From assembly GCA_963700635.1 (NCBI GenBank), contig CAVOYH010000004.1, positions 800,001 through 864,000 on the forward strand: DNA of 64,000 bases, given 5' to 3'. Source of the DNA: an uncultured Bacteroidota bacterium (GTDB lineage: Bacteria > Bacteroidota > Ignavibacteria > UBA10030 > UBA6906). The first letter of the stretch is position 1; each line of letters begins with the position of its first letter. This document shows, one piece after another, positions 9,623-19,706 of this stretch. The notes under the pieces are model-generated. The model saw nothing but the letters and a program-made list of their open reading frames with translations, did not search any database and was not told where the DNA came from. Position numbers and translations under genes: made by a program.

Positions 9623-12427
9623 ATGGCTGAAACAGTAGCAAAGAAAAAGAAGGTCTACAAGGTTGCGACGGAACTCAACCTCTCACACGAGACGTTGATC
9701 GAGTTTCTCCGCAAGAAGGGGCATGAGGTCAAAACGCACATGTCGTCTGTGGACGACGACATGATGCGGGATATCCTCATCCACTTCAAGAAGGACAAGG
9801 ATGTTGCGGAGAAGCACCAGCGAAAGATCCAGGAAATCCGCGAGACGAAAAAGCGCGCGGAACGGAAGGCGATCGAAGAGCAGGCCGAACTGATCGGCAA
9901 ACCTGCGGCCGAGGCCGGAGAAGGCGCCGGCAAGTCCGAGATTCTGGAAGAAGCCGGCGACGTTGAAGTTGTAACGGCTGAAGCCGGAGAGACCGTCGAG
10001 GAGGTCGCGGAAGCCACACCCGCCGCAAGCGAAACAGGTGACGGCGCGCCCGACGCGGTGATGGCAGAGGAAATCGAGACTGCAGAGGAAGTGCCGGCCG
10101 CCGGGGAGGGGGAGGAAGAGATCGTCGTCGCCGAAGAGGCTGAAGAAGCCGTCGAGGCGGAAGAAACTGCGGCAGCAGAAGAAGAAGCGGCAAAGCCTGC
10201 CGAAGGGAAAAAAGGCAAAAAAGCCAGCGAGACAAAATCGCCTCTAGATCTCCAGAAAGACCGCCGCGGCAAGGTCGGACTTACCATCAAAGGGAAGATT
10301 GTGCTCGCGCCGAAAAAACCGGTGCTGAGCAAAGCCGCCAAGGCGGCTGCGGCTGCTGCAGCAGCGGCAGCAACCACAACGACAACCCCCGAATCCGAAG
10401 ACCACAAGAAAAAGAAAAAGGTCAAAAAGCGGGTCAAAGACGAGGTCGTCGAGACCAAAGCGCCCGATACCGAGGACGCCGACCGGAAGAAAAAGAAAAA
10501 GAAGAAACTCCGCCACAAGGAGGTCAATCAGACCGAAGTGCAGGCGGCCATCCGCAGAACGTTTGCGGCGATGGACGATGCTCCGGTCAGCGGCCGCACG
10601 TCATTCAAGAAGCGCAAACGCAAGGAACGGGAAGAAGAAGAAGCCCGTATGCAGGAAGAGGCACTCCGCGAGCAGGGCATCCTCCGCATCACGGAGTTTG
10701 CCTCGGTCAATGACATGGCCAACCTCATGCACGTGAATGTGTCGGATGTTATCAAGAAGTGCATGGAACTGGGAATCATGGTGTCCATCAATCAGCGGCT
10801 GGACAAGGACACGATCCTGCTGGTCGCCGATGAGTTCGGATTCCAGGTGACCTTTGCATCCATCGTTGAAGAAGAAATTGATATCCCCGAACCCGTTGAT
10901 ACGCCGGAGATGATGCAACGCCGTGCTCCGGTGGTGACCATCATGGGCCATGTGGACCACGGCAAGACGTCGCTGCTGGATTATATCCGGCGGGCGAATG
11001 TTGTGGCCGGCGAGGCGGGCGGAATCACGCAGCATATCGGGGCGTATGAGGTGACCACGGCGGCAGGACAGAAGATTACGTTTCTGGACACGCCCGGCCA
11101 CGAAGCGTTTACCGCCATGCGTGCCCGCGGCGCCCAGATCACCGATATTGTGGTGCTGGTCGTGGCCGCAGATGACAGCGTGATGCCCCAGACACTGGAG
11201 GCCATCAGCCACGCCCAGGCCGCTGCCGTTCCGATCATCATTGCCATCAACAAAATCGACAAAGCCGACGCCAACGTGGACCGGATCCGCCAGCAGCTCT
11301 CCGAAAAAAACGTGCTGGTCGAGGAATGGGGCGGAAAATATCAGTGCGTTGAGCTCTCCGCAAAGAGCGGCCTGAACGTGGACCTTCTGCTCGAGAAAAT
11401 CGTGCTGGAATCTGACGTGCTCGACATGAAGGCAAATCCTGACCGGCTTGCCGCAGGCACGATCGTGGAGGCGCAGCTGGACAAGGGAAAGGGGATCACC
11501 GCAACGGTGCTGGTGCAAAAGGGAACCCTGAACGTCGGGGATCCGTTTATCGCCGGTATTTACAGCGGCAAGGTCCGGGCCATGTTCGATGAACGCGGGC
11601 ACCGGGTTGAACGTGCAGGTCCCTCAACACCTGTTCAGCTCACCGGACTCGACGGCTTCCCGCAGGCAGGCGACACGTTTATTGTCGTGGATTCCGACCG
11701 GGTTGCGCGTGAAATCTCGCTGCGCAGGCAGCAGCTTAAACGCGAGCAGGATTTCCGGCAGATCCACCTTACCACACTCGACGACATCTCCCGCCAGATC
11801 AAAGACGGACAGGTCAAGGAGCTCGGGGTGATCGTCAAAGGCGACGTGGATGGATCCGTGGAAGCCCTTGCCGATTCGCTCATGAAGATTCAACACAAGG
11901 AAGTGAAGCTGAATGTGATCCACAGCGGCGTCGGGACAATTTCGGAGTCGGATATCATCCTGGCCACGGCGTCCAATGCGGTCATCATCGGCTTCCGGGT
12001 GCGTCCGAATCTTAACGCACGCCGCCTTGCGGAAAAAGAAAAAGTGGATATCCGGACGTACAACATCATTTACGACGCGATCGATGACATCCATAAGGCC
12101 CTGGAAGGGATGCTTTCTCCTGAAAAGAAAGAGGAGATCGTGGCCACGGTGGACGTCCGGGATGTGTTCAAGGTTCCCAAGATCGGGCTGATCGCCGGCT
12201 GCTACGTGCTGGACGGCAAGATCTCGCGCAACAACCGTGTCCGGCTTGTGCGGGATGGAATCCAGGTGTTCGAAGGGACAATCAGTTCACTCAAACGGTT
12301 CAAGGAAGACGTCCGTGACGTCGAGTCAGGGTTCGAATGCGGCATCGGACTCGAGAATTTTAACGATGTGAAGGTGGGCGATACAATCGAGGCCTTCAAG
12401 ATCGTTGAAAGCAAACGGAAACTCTGA
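9623..12427 (+). CDS. infB: translation initiation factor IF-2
   Basis: Motifs [35 protein letters not shown] and GFECGI. Confidence 0.99.
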   Translation: MAETVAKKKKVYKVATELNLSHETLIEFLRKKGHEVKTHMSSVDDDMMRDILIHFKKDKDVAEKHQRKIQEIRETKKRAERKAIEEQAELIGKPAAEAGEGAGKSEILEEAGDVEVVTAEAGETVEEVAEATPAASETGDGAPDAVMAEEIETAEEVPAAGEGEEEIVVAEEAEEAVEAEETAAAEEEAAKPAEGKKGKKASETKSPLDLQKDRRGKVGLTIKGKIVLAPKKPVLSKAAKAAAAAAAAAATTTTTPESEDHKKKKKVKKRVKDEVVETKAPDTEDADRKKKKKKKLRHKEVNQTEVQAAIRRTFAAMDDAPVSGRTSFKKRKRKEREEEEARMQEEALREQGILRITEFASVNDMANLMHVNVSDVIKKCMELGIMVSINQRLDKDTILLVADEFGFQVTFASIVEEEIDIPEPVDTPEMMQRRAPVVTIMGHVDHGKTSLLDYIRRANVVAGEAGGITQHIGAYEVTTAAGQKITFLDTPGHEAFTAMRARGAQITDIVVLVVAADDSVMPQTLEAISHAQAAAVPIIIAINKIDKADANVDRIRQQLSEKNVLVEEWGGKYQCVELSAKSGLNVDLLLEKIVLESDVLDMKANPDRLAAGTIVEAQLDKGKGITATVLVQKGTLNVGDPFIAGIYSGKVRAMFDERGHRVERAGPSTPVQLTGLDGFPQAGDTFIVVDSDRVAREISLRRQQLKREQDFRQIHLTTLDDISRQIKDGQVKELGVIVKGDVDGSVEALADSLMKIQHKEVKLNVIHSGVGTISESDIILATASNAVIIGFRVRPNLNARRLAEKEKVDIRTYNIIYDAIDDIHKALEGMLSPEKKEEIVATVDVRDVFKVPKIGLIAGCYVLDGKISRNNRVRLVRDGIQVFEGTISSLKRFKEDVRDVESGFECGIGLENFNDVKVGDTIEAFKIVESKRKL

Positions 12428-12428
12428 T

Positions 12429-12800
12429 ATGTCGATCCGTACGGAACGTGTGGCCTCATTGTTGAAGGAAGAACTCGGTGCCGTCCTCGTCCGTGACTAC
12501 AGCGACCCGTCGTACGGGTTTATCACCATCACGGATGTCCGCGTCACCGGCGACCTGCGCATCGCCAAAGTGTATTTCAGCATCATGGGGGACGCAGAAA
12601 TCCAGAAGAAGACCATGGCCATGCTGGAGCGGGAGCGGTCTCACCTGAGGGGGATGATCGGGTCGAAACTCAGACTGCGGTTTGTGCCGGATCTGCACTT
12701 CTATCAGGATACGACCATGGAGCGGGTGCACCGGATCAATACGCTGATCAACGAGATTCACAAAGACGACGACAAAAAGGGTGACCGAAAAGAGGAGTGA
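12429..12800 (+). CDS. rbfA: ribosome-binding factor A
   Basis: Motifs [27 protein letters not shown] and LRFVPDLHF; follows infB. Confidence 0.95.
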   Translation: MSIRTERVASLLKEELGAVLVRDYSDPSYGFITITDVRVTGDLRIAKVYFSIMGDAEIQKKTMAMLERERSHLRGMIGSKLRLRFVPDLHFYQDTTMERVHRINTLINEIHKDDDKKGDRKEE

Positions 12801-13476
12801 GGCGGTTCCGGAGGCGGGGGAGATGCTGTTGGTGGACAAGCCGCCAGGGTGGACTTCCTTTGATGTCGTGAACAAAATCCGGCGCGCACACGGCGGACTG
12901 AAGATGGGACACGCCGGAACGCTCGATCCGATCGCCACCGGCCTCCTGATTCTCTGCACCGGACGCAAGCGGAAAGAGATTGACAGCTACATGGGGCTGG
13001 AGAAGGAATATGTTGCAGAGATGAAGCTGGGTATCCGCACGCCGAGTTACGATATGGAAACGGCAGTGACGGACGTGTCGCCTGTTGAGTCGATCACCGG
13101 AGAACAGGTGAGGAATGTGATGGGGGAGTATGTCGGGACCATACAACAGATTCCCCCGATGTGGTCGGCTGTGAAGGTCGGGGGGAAACGGCTTTATGCG
13201 CTTGCGCGCAAGGGTGTCGAAATTGAGCGCCCGTCCCGTGAAGTGCACATCTCCAGAATCCAGCCGGACCGGATTGATGTGCCGGTGGTTGTGTTTACCG
13301 TCGTGTGCTCGAAGGGGACGTATATCCGCACGTTGATTCATGATATCGGCGAGCAGCTTGGTTGCGGGGCGACGATGACGGCGCTGAGGCGGACGCGCAT
13401 CGGTCCGTACAACATTGCAGATGCATATAGTGTACAACAACTCGTGGAACGGGCCCAGGCCCAGCGAAGTGTATGA
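12781..13476 (+). CDS. truB: tRNA pseudouridine(55) synthase (short form, no PUA domain)
   Basis: Motifs [28 protein letters not shown] and CSKGTYIR. The start could instead be ATG12823. Confidence 0.96.
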   Translation: MTEKRSEAVPEAGEMLLVDKPPGWTSFDVVNKIRRAHGGLKMGHAGTLDPIATGLLILCTGRKRKEIDSYMGLEKEYVAEMKLGIRTPSYDMETAVTDVSPVESITGEQVRNVMGEYVGTIQQIPPMWSAVKVGGKRLYALARKGVEIERPSREVHISRIQPDRIDVPVVVFTVVCSKGTYIRTLIHDIGEQLGCGATMTALRRTRIGPYNIADAYSVQQLVERAQAQRSV

Positions 13477-14435
13477 ACGTTGTTCGTTCTTTAGATGAGC
13501 TGAAGCGCGACAAAAACTCCGTCGTGACGGTCGGCACCTTTGATGGCATTCATCGTGCACACCGGGAGATTATCCGGGAGGTCGTGCACCGCGCAAAAAT
13601 GCGGGAGGGTCGGAGTGTGGTCGTGACGTTCGATCCGCACCCAAAAGAAGTCGTGGCGTCGGAACGGGGCGCCGTTCAACTTCTTTCCACGCTCGACGAA
13701 CGAATTGTGCTTCTGTCCGCCCTGCACGTTGACACACTTCTCGTGATCCCCTTCACCTACGAGTTTTCGCGGAAGAGCGCGCTGGAGTTCTATACGGAAT
13801 ATGTGGACGGCGCTGTGGGCGTGAGCGAAGTGGTCGTGGGGTACGACCATACCTTCGGGAGAGACAGGGAAGCGGGCACTGCAGAACTGGTTTCGCTGGG
13901 CAGAGACCTGGACTTCTCGGTCTTTGCCGTTCATCCGCTCACAAGCGATGGGGACACGATCAGCAGCACCCGCATCCGGAAGACCCTGGCAGGGGGCGAC
14001 GTGGAACGTGCGGAGCGTATGCTGGGATATCCGTACCGGATGGCGGCGACGGTGATCGGCGGGGACCGCAGGGGAAGAACCATCGGGTTTCCGACTGCGA
14101 ACCTGGAGCCCCTGACAGCGCGGAAACAGGTCCCCGGAGACGGCGTGTACCTCGTCGCCGTTCAGATCGCGGGGATACAACGGTACGGTCTTATGAACAT
14201 CGGCCTGCGCCCGACAGTCAGTGCCGGTACGGCGCGCGTCGTGGAAGTACACATTCTGGATTTTTCAGAAAATATTTACAATGAACGGTTGGACGTCACC
14301 TTTCTCCGGCGCCTCCGCGATGAGAAGAAATTCGCCTCGATCGCAGACCTGGTGGAACAGCTTGGCAAAGACCGCGAGCATGCGCGTACCCTGATTTCTT
14401 CTCTAACATATTCTCCAACACAAACCAAGGAGTAG
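13473..14435 (+). CDS. ribF: bifunctional riboflavin kinase/FAD synthetase
   Basis: Motifs [40 protein letters not shown] and LRDEKKF. Confidence 0.97.
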   Translation: MNVVRSLDELKRDKNSVVTVGTFDGIHRAHREIIREVVHRAKMREGRSVVVTFDPHPKEVVASERGAVQLLSTLDERIVLLSALHVDTLLVIPFTYEFSRKSALEFYTEYVDGAVGVSEVVVGYDHTFGRDREAGTAELVSLGRDLDFSVFAVHPLTSDGDTISSTRIRKTLAGGDVERAERMLGYPYRMAATVIGGDRRGRTIGFPTANLEPLTARKQVPGDGVYLVAVQIAGIQRYGLMNIGLRPTVSAGTARVVEVHILDFSENIYNERLDVTFLRRLRDEKKFASIADLVEQLGKDREHARTLISSLTYSPTQTKE

Positions 14436-14439
14436 CACA

Positions 14440-14709
14440 ATGGCCGTGACAAAAGAAATGAAGGCCGACATTATCAAGAAATACGGAAAGTCAGAGTCCG
14501 ACACGGGCATTCCAGAAGTGCAGGTCGCGTTGCTCACCGCGCGGATCAATGACCTTACACCGCACTTTGACAAATTTAAGAAAGATCATCACTCGCGCCT
14601 GGGGTTATTGAAGATGGTGGGTAAACGCCGCCGCCTGCTCGACTACCTGCGCGAAAAAGACGTTGAGCGGTACCGGAAGATCATTGAAGCACTGCAGTTA
14701 CGCAAGTAG
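14440..14709 (+). CDS. rpsO: 30S ribosomal protein S15
   Basis: Motifs [13 protein letters not shown] and [23 protein letters not shown]. Confidence 0.98.
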   Translation: MAVTKEMKADIIKKYGKSESDTGIPEVQVALLTARINDLTPHFDKFKKDHHSRLGLLKMVGKRRRLLDYLREKDVERYRKIIEALQLRK

Positions 14710-14747
14710 TACACCAGGGTCGAGAGAGACCAGAAAGAGTAAAACGT

Positions 14748-16934
14748 ATGAAAGTCACGAAAGAAATCGAAATAGGAGGTAAGACCTTTTCCCTCGAAAC
14801 CGGACGTTTTGCCAAGCAGGCAGACGGCGCGGTGATGGCTCGTTTCGGCGATACCATGGTGCTGGCCACCGTGGTGGCGAAGAAAGAACCGAAGGAGGGC
14901 ATGGACTACTTCCCCTTGCAGGTGGAATACCGCGAGAAAGCGGCGTCCGCCGGCAAAATTCCGGGCGGATTCTTCAAGCGCGAAGCCCGGCCGTCAGAAA
15001 AAGAGATCCTCTCGGCCCGTATTATCGACCGTCCTATCCGTCCCATGTTCCCGGCATGGTATCAATGCGAAACACAGGTTATCGTGACCGTCTATTCGTC
15101 CGACCAGCAACACGACGGGGATGTGCTGGGCGCCGTCGCCGCCTCCGCGGCCCTGATGATCTCCGATATCCCGTTCGAGGGTCCTATCGCTGAAGTGAGG
15201 GTGGGACGTATCAACGGAGAACTCATCATCAACCCGACGTTCACCCAGCTGGTGACCAGCGACATGGACATCACCGTTGCCGGCACCGATGATTCTATCG
15301 TCATGGTCGAAGGTGAAGCGCAGGAGATCTCCGAACAGGAAATGCTCGACGCCCTGGAATTCGCCCACGGATACATCCGCCAGATGTGCGCGTTACAGGT
15401 GACGCTCGCGAAGGAGTCCGGCAAAGCAAAACGCCCGACTCCGGGCGCGACGGGTGATCCGAGCCTGCAGGCGGAAGTGGAGCAACTGGCCGGGGAACGA
15501 ATCAGGGTCCTGGCTGCAACACCCCTGCTGAAGGAAGAGCGTGCCCAGAAAACCGCCGAACTGCAGAAAGAAGTACTCACTGCAATGGCGGAAAAATACC
15601 CCGAAGGCGAAGCGATCATCAAGGAGATGCTCCACGATATGGAGTATTCCGCCATGCGTGAGCTGATTCTCGCACACGGCAAACGCCTCGACGGCCGCGG
15701 GCTCCGGGATATCCGGCCCATCACCATCGAAGTCGGAATTCTGCCCCGGACTCACGGTTCGGCGCTCTTCCAGCGCGGCGAAACACAGAGTCTTACCACA
15801 CTGACGCTCGGCACCAAGCTGGACGAGCAGATCATCGACGGACTGCTTCCGGAATACTCCAAACGATTCATGCTCCACTACAACTTCCCGCCGTTTTCGG
15901 TGGGAGAGGTTGGCCGCCTTGGAACCACCGGACGCCGCGAAATCGGCCACGGGAACCTGGCAGAACGGTCGATCAAGATCATGATGCCCGATCAAAAAAC
16001 ATTTCCGTATACCGTGCGCCTGGTGTCCGATGTTCTGGAATCCAACGGTTCCTCATCCATGGCAACGGTCTGCGCGGCAACACTTGCCCTGCAGGACGGC
16101 GGAGCGCCGCTCAAGAAGGCGGTGGCGGGCATCGCGATGGGCCTTGTGAAGGAAAAAGACAGGGTGGCTATCCTGAGCGATATCCTGGGGAATGAAGATC
16201 ATCTCGGTGACATGGACTTCAAGGTCGCGGGCACAAAAGACGGCATTACCGCGTGTCAGATGGATATCAAGATCCGCGGAATCTCCATGCCGATCATGCG
16301 TGATGCACTTATGCAGGCGAAAGAAGGCAGACTGCATATACTCGGAAAGATGGAAGAAGCCATCCCGGGACCGCGGGCAGACCTTTCGTCATTCGCTCCA
16401 CGCCTCACGACCCTTATGATTCCCGTGGATATGATCGGTGCGGTGATCGGACCCGGCGGGAAGAACATCCGGAAAATCGTGAGCGAAAGCGGAGCGGAAA
16501 TCAATATCGAAGACGATGGATCGGTGGTTGTCGCGGCAACGTCAAAGGAGTCGGCAGACAAGGCCATCAGCGCCATCAGCCGGATCACCGAAGTACCGGA
16601 GGTGGGAAAAATATATTCCGCAACGGTGAAAAAGATCATGGACTTCGGCGTGTTCGTGGAATTCCTTCCCGGCAAGGAAGGTCTTGTCCATGTTTCACAA
16701 CTGGACGTCAAACGTGTCGCATCCCCGTCAGATGTCACAAAGGTGGGTGATGTGTTTGACGTCAAGATCGTGGACAAGGACGATCAGGGACGCTGGAAGC
16801 TGAGCCGGAAGGCCGTGCTTGCCCCGGATCAGCCTTACGAGCGTACGCCGCCGCGTGAAGGTGGTGACAGGCCGCAGGGCGAACGGAGATCACACGATGG
16901 TGGGTCCCGCCGCGGGGGAGACCACAAACACTAA
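14748..16934 (+). CDS. pnp: polyribonucleotide nucleotidyltransferase
   Basis: Motifs [31 protein letters not shown] and GDMDFKVAG, plus KH and S1 domains. Confidence 0.99.
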   Translation: MKVTKEIEIGGKTFSLETGRFAKQADGAVMARFGDTMVLATVVAKKEPKEGMDYFPLQVEYREKAASAGKIPGGFFKREARPSEKEILSARIIDRPIRPMFPAWYQCETQVIVTVYSSDQQHDGDVLGAVAASAALMISDIPFEGPIAEVRVGRINGELIINPTFTQLVTSDMDITVAGTDDSIVMVEGEAQEISEQEMLDALEFAHGYIRQMCALQVTLAKESGKAKRPTPGATGDPSLQAEVEQLAGERIRVLAATPLLKEERAQKTAELQKEVLTAMAEKYPEGEAIIKEMLHDMEYSAMRELILAHGKRLDGRGLRDIRPITIEVGILPRTHGSALFQRGETQSLTTLTLGTKLDEQIIDGLLPEYSKRFMLHYNFPPFSVGEVGRLGTTGRREIGHGNLAERSIKIMMPDQKTFPYTVRLVSDVLESNGSSSMATVCAATLALQDGGAPLKKAVAGIAMGLVKEKDRVAILSDILGNEDHLGDMDFKVAGTKDGITACQMDIKIRGISMPIMRDALMQAKEGRLHILGKMEEAIPGPRADLSSFAPRLTTLMIPVDMIGAVIGPGGKNIRKIVSESGAEINIEDDGSVVVAATSKESADKAISAISRITEVPEVGKIYSATVKKIMDFGVFVEFLPGKEGLVHVSQLDVKRVASPSDVTKVGDVFDVKIVDKDDQGRWKLSRKAVLAPDQPYERTPPREGGDRPQGERRSHDGGSRRGGDHKH

Positions 16935-16963
16935 TCCGGGCAGGCAAGTGCCGGAAAAACATT

Positions 16964-17006
16964 CAAGGGACGCAGAGAATTTTCCTCTGCGTCCCTTGTG
17001 TTGTAT
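16964..17006. terminator. strong hairpin between convergent pnp and bshC (likely terminator)
   Basis: Perfect 14-bp stem CAAGGGACGCAGAG / CTCTGCGTCCCTTG with a 7-nt loop and T-rich tail. Confidence 0.8.
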
Positions 17007-17053
17007 TCTGGCGTGGCCGCGTTAATCCGTGCGCCCGGCCGCGGGGTTTCTGA

Positions 17054-18694
17054 TTACAGCGAAAGGATCTGGTGTTTGAACCCGGTGATGTCCACTTCTC
17101 CCGGGAGCCACTTCATAAAGTCGGGACCGTACTTGTTCAAAAAATACACAACGCTCAGCTGGCGTTCCTGAAGAATTCCGCCCGGCAGCACTGACCCTAC
17201 TGCGCGTTCAATCTGCCTCACTGCAGTTTCATTCCGCCTTTTCTGCGCCGCCACGCTCTTATCCTTGAGCACGCCCAGGTTGATATCAGTCTTTGACGTG
17301 GCATTCTCCAATGCTCCGAGCAAGGTCGGATCGAGCTCCTTCAGTCCGAAACGGAGTTCCGTCAATAAAGCGTGGATACCCTTTGTTGTGCGAAGAAAGA
17401 GATCGTCCAGCTTGATATCGGAAATCTGTTCCATCACACGGGCCGTCAGCATTGAGTGATCTCCGAACAGCTCGCCAATCTGGAGATTGTACTTTTCGAG
17501 CACGCGCTGAACCCGCTCCTCCACAACCGTGGCGCTGGCCCGGGGGTAAAGCAAGGGCTGAGGTACCCCGAAGTGCGCATACAGTGGGGAGATCTGTGCA
17601 TGATAGGCAATCTCGGAAGGTCCTGCGATGTACGCCACCGTGGGCAGAAGTGTGTCCTGCGCAAGCGGGCGGAGCACCACATTGGGGCTGAGGAATTCAG
17701 GGGTATCGGTCGCGATCCGCTTGAGTTCCTCAGGCTCAAGAAAATGCCTGGTTCCACGAAGGCTGAAGTCACTCTCGCGCGGTTCGATGGGGTAGCGGCC
17801 ACCCTTGTGAAAGAGAAACAGGTTCACCGATTTTGGCTTTACCTGGGCATGGTAGGATTTTTCAAGCTCGGCGCTCTGCCCGATCACTATCTGTGATGAC
17901 GCAGGGAATTCCCCGATTTCACGCAAAAAGAGGGGTGAGAGGATACGTTTCAGGGCCGGATCATTAGCCGAGATGAACACGATCCCATCATCGGGAAAGA
18001 GCCGGTTCAGCCACCTGGCGAACGCCTCGTTGAATGAGACGCCGGGAGCATAACAGCCCCGGAGTGATTCCATCAACTCGGGGGTAAACTCGGTTTCCTG
18101 CAAGGCGTTTTGCAGCGCGGCAAGAGTCTCCTCGATGGAGCTCTCGAACCGGTGCTCCCCGACAGGCCCGGGGTTTCTGTCCGGCATCTCCCCCCCGGGA
18201 AGGTACTCGATGCGGGTCACTGCGCCGGCGGGGTCCAGAACCTGGGCATGATGCATCTCGGCGAAGTCGTGGTCCTCCCCTTCGAGCCAGAATACCGGGA
18301 CAAAGGAAAAGAGGGGGTACTTTTGTTTAAGACGATGGGCAAGCCTGATGGTTGTCAGCGTCTTCAGGACCGTGTAGAACGGCCCCCCGAAAAGCCCGAC
18401 CTGCTGACCGGTGACAACCGCGAACGTCGTGGGACTTTCAAGCGCCGAGATGTTCCCGAGGGTCTTCTTTGTTGAGCCATAGTGCTGGTTTTGTTCGCGA
18501 AGCACATGTGTGAGCACGGTCCGGTTGCGGGTCCATTCCTGCTGTTCCCGGATGACATGTTCGAACGAACTGTTCTCGCGGAAATTTAGCCGGTAGAAGG
18601 GGCGCGCGGTGTCGGTGCTTGCGAGGAAGTCAAAAAAAAGCCGACTGTATCCTCCCGCTGAGGGAGGGAGCTGGTTGTATTCTATCCATGTCAT
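17054..18694 (-). CDS. bshC: bacillithiol biosynthesis cysteine-adding enzyme
   Basis: Motifs VVTGQQVGLFGGP, PVFWLEGEDHDFAE, SPNVVLRPL, YIAGPSEIAY and LQER. Confidence 0.93.
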   Translation of the reverse strand: MTWIEYNQLPPSAGGYSRLFFDFLASTDTARPFYRLNFRENSSFEHVIREQQEWTRNRTVLTHVLREQNQHYGSTKKTLGNISALESPTTFAVVTGQQVGLFGGPFYTVLKTLTTIRLAHRLKQKYPLFSFVPVFWLEGEDHDFAEMHHAQVLDPAGAVTRIEYLPGGEMPDRNPGPVGEHRFESSIEETLAALQNALQETEFTPELMESLRGCYAPGVSFNEAFARWLNRLFPDDGIVFISANDPALKRILSPLFLREIGEFPASSQIVIGQSAELEKSYHAQVKPKSVNLFLFHKGGRYPIEPRESDFSLRGTRHFLEPEELKRIATDTPEFLSPNVVLRPLAQDTLLPTVAYIAGPSEIAYHAQISPLYAHFGVPQPLLYPRASATVVEERVQRVLEKYNLQIGELFGDHSMLTARVMEQISDIKLDDLFLRTTKGIHALLTELRFGLKELDPTLLGALENATSKTDINLGVLKDKSVAAQKRRNETAVRQIERAVGSVLPGGILQERQLSVVYFLNKYGPDFMKWLPGEVDITGFKHQILSL

Positions 18695-18721
18695 AGTGGC
18701 GGAATATCGGCAAAAAACCCG

Positions 18722-18750
18722 TTGCATTCAAGTCGAAAGTTTTGTAGCAT
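18722..18750 (+). promoter_or_regulatory. candidate promoter for the act/cox cluster
   Basis: TTGCAT-N17-TAGCAT in the AT-rich divergent intergenic region. Confidence 0.35.
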
Positions 18751-18905
18751 TTATAAAGTTCTTAAAGCCGGAACGTTCCTGTCGAGTAGTTCATCTTGTG
18801 TTCCTTGCAACTTGTTGCTCTACCTATCTCTTTGTACCTCTGGCCGCATGGCCTTCCGCAGGAGTGTGTCCGGTTCCCCGTCGCGTCACCTGTCTCTGAG
18901 TGCCT

Positions 18906-19475
18906 ATGAAGAAGTCGCTGCTTGACTATACCCTGAAGATCCGGGTTCCGCTTGTTGTCTTCGTGGCAATTGGATCCTTTATCGGGACCTATTATTTATC
19001 GCGTGCGGAGCGGGATGGTGTCGGGTATGCTCCGGAACAACCCATCAACTTCTCGCACAAACTGCACGCGGGTGCCATGGGGATTGACTGCAAATACTGC
19101 CACACGGCCGTAACCTCGTCGCCGCACGCTACAATACCCCCGGCTGCGACCTGCATGAACTGTCACACCATCGCACGAAAAAACCGGCCCGAGATCATCT
19201 CACTTACGCGGTATTATGAAGAGGGAAGAGCCATTCCCTGGAAACGGGTCCACCGTGTTCCTGATTATGCGTACTTCAACCACAGTGCGCATGTGAATAA
19301 AGGGATTGATTGCGCGAACTGTCACGGAGCCGTGGAGAACATGGACGTTGTCGCTCAGGTGTCGTCGTTCACCATGGCGGCGTGTCTGGATTGCCACCGG
19401 ACAGCACCGGTGCGGCTCGCGTCTGTTGCAGGCATCACGCGCGGCCCCGAAAACTGTAACACCTGTCATCGGTAG
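18906..19475 (+). CDS. actA: alternative complex III pentaheme cytochrome c subunit
   Basis: N-terminal TM; PEQPINFSHKLHAG; five CxxCH (CKYCH, CMNCH, CANCH, CLDCH, CNTCH); FNHSAH. Confidence 0.92.
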   Translation: MKKSLLDYTLKIRVPLVVFVAIGSFIGTYYLSRAERDGVGYAPEQPINFSHKLHAGAMGIDCKYCHTAVTSSPHATIPPAATCMNCHTIARKNRPEIISLTRYYEEGRAIPWKRVHRVPDYAYFNHSAHVNKGIDCANCHGAVENMDVVAQVSSFTMAACLDCHRTAPVRLASVAGITRGPENCNTCHR

Positions 19476-19484
19476 GAGAAGAGG

Positions 19485-19706
19485 ATGCCATCGTTATCGC
19501 CAGAGACTACCCGCCCTCGCATGCGCCGCCGCTCATTTGTCGTGAGAGTGGCTGCGGCAATTGTTGCCGGATTTGGTGCGGGGCATATCTTCCGCCATCT
19601 TACGCATTCCGCGCCGGCTCCGCCGGGAAGCAGTGCGACTGTGTCAGTGCGCCCTCATCCAGAAGCCGTTTCCCGAACACGTCCAAGGCCGCCGTCCCAT
19701 GAATGA
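19485..19706 (+). CDS. small hypothetical protein with twin-arginine-like motif and hydrophobic helix
   Basis: AGGAGAAGAGG RBS; sequence RRRSFVVRVAAAIVAGFGAG; the stop overlaps the actB start (ATGAATGA). Confidence 0.6.
   Translation: MPSLSPETTRPRMRRRSFVVRVAAAIVAGFGAGHIFRHLTHSAPAPPGSSATVSVRPHPEAVSRTRPRPPSHE

Noticed and set aside
9900-10640. Acidic, poly-Ala/Thr and poly-Lys tracts in IF-2
   Set aside because: A low-complexity, variable N-terminal region is normal for IF-2.
12781-13476. Short TruB lacking the C-terminal PUA domain
   Set aside because: Short TruB is common in FCB-group bacteria, and the stop overlaps the ribF start normally, so it is not a pseudogene.
19561-19698. In-frame upstream extension of actB from TTG19561
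   Set aside because: ATG19699 gives the typical HWRSL N-terminus and couples to the upstream microprotein stop; the extension looks non-coding in that frame.
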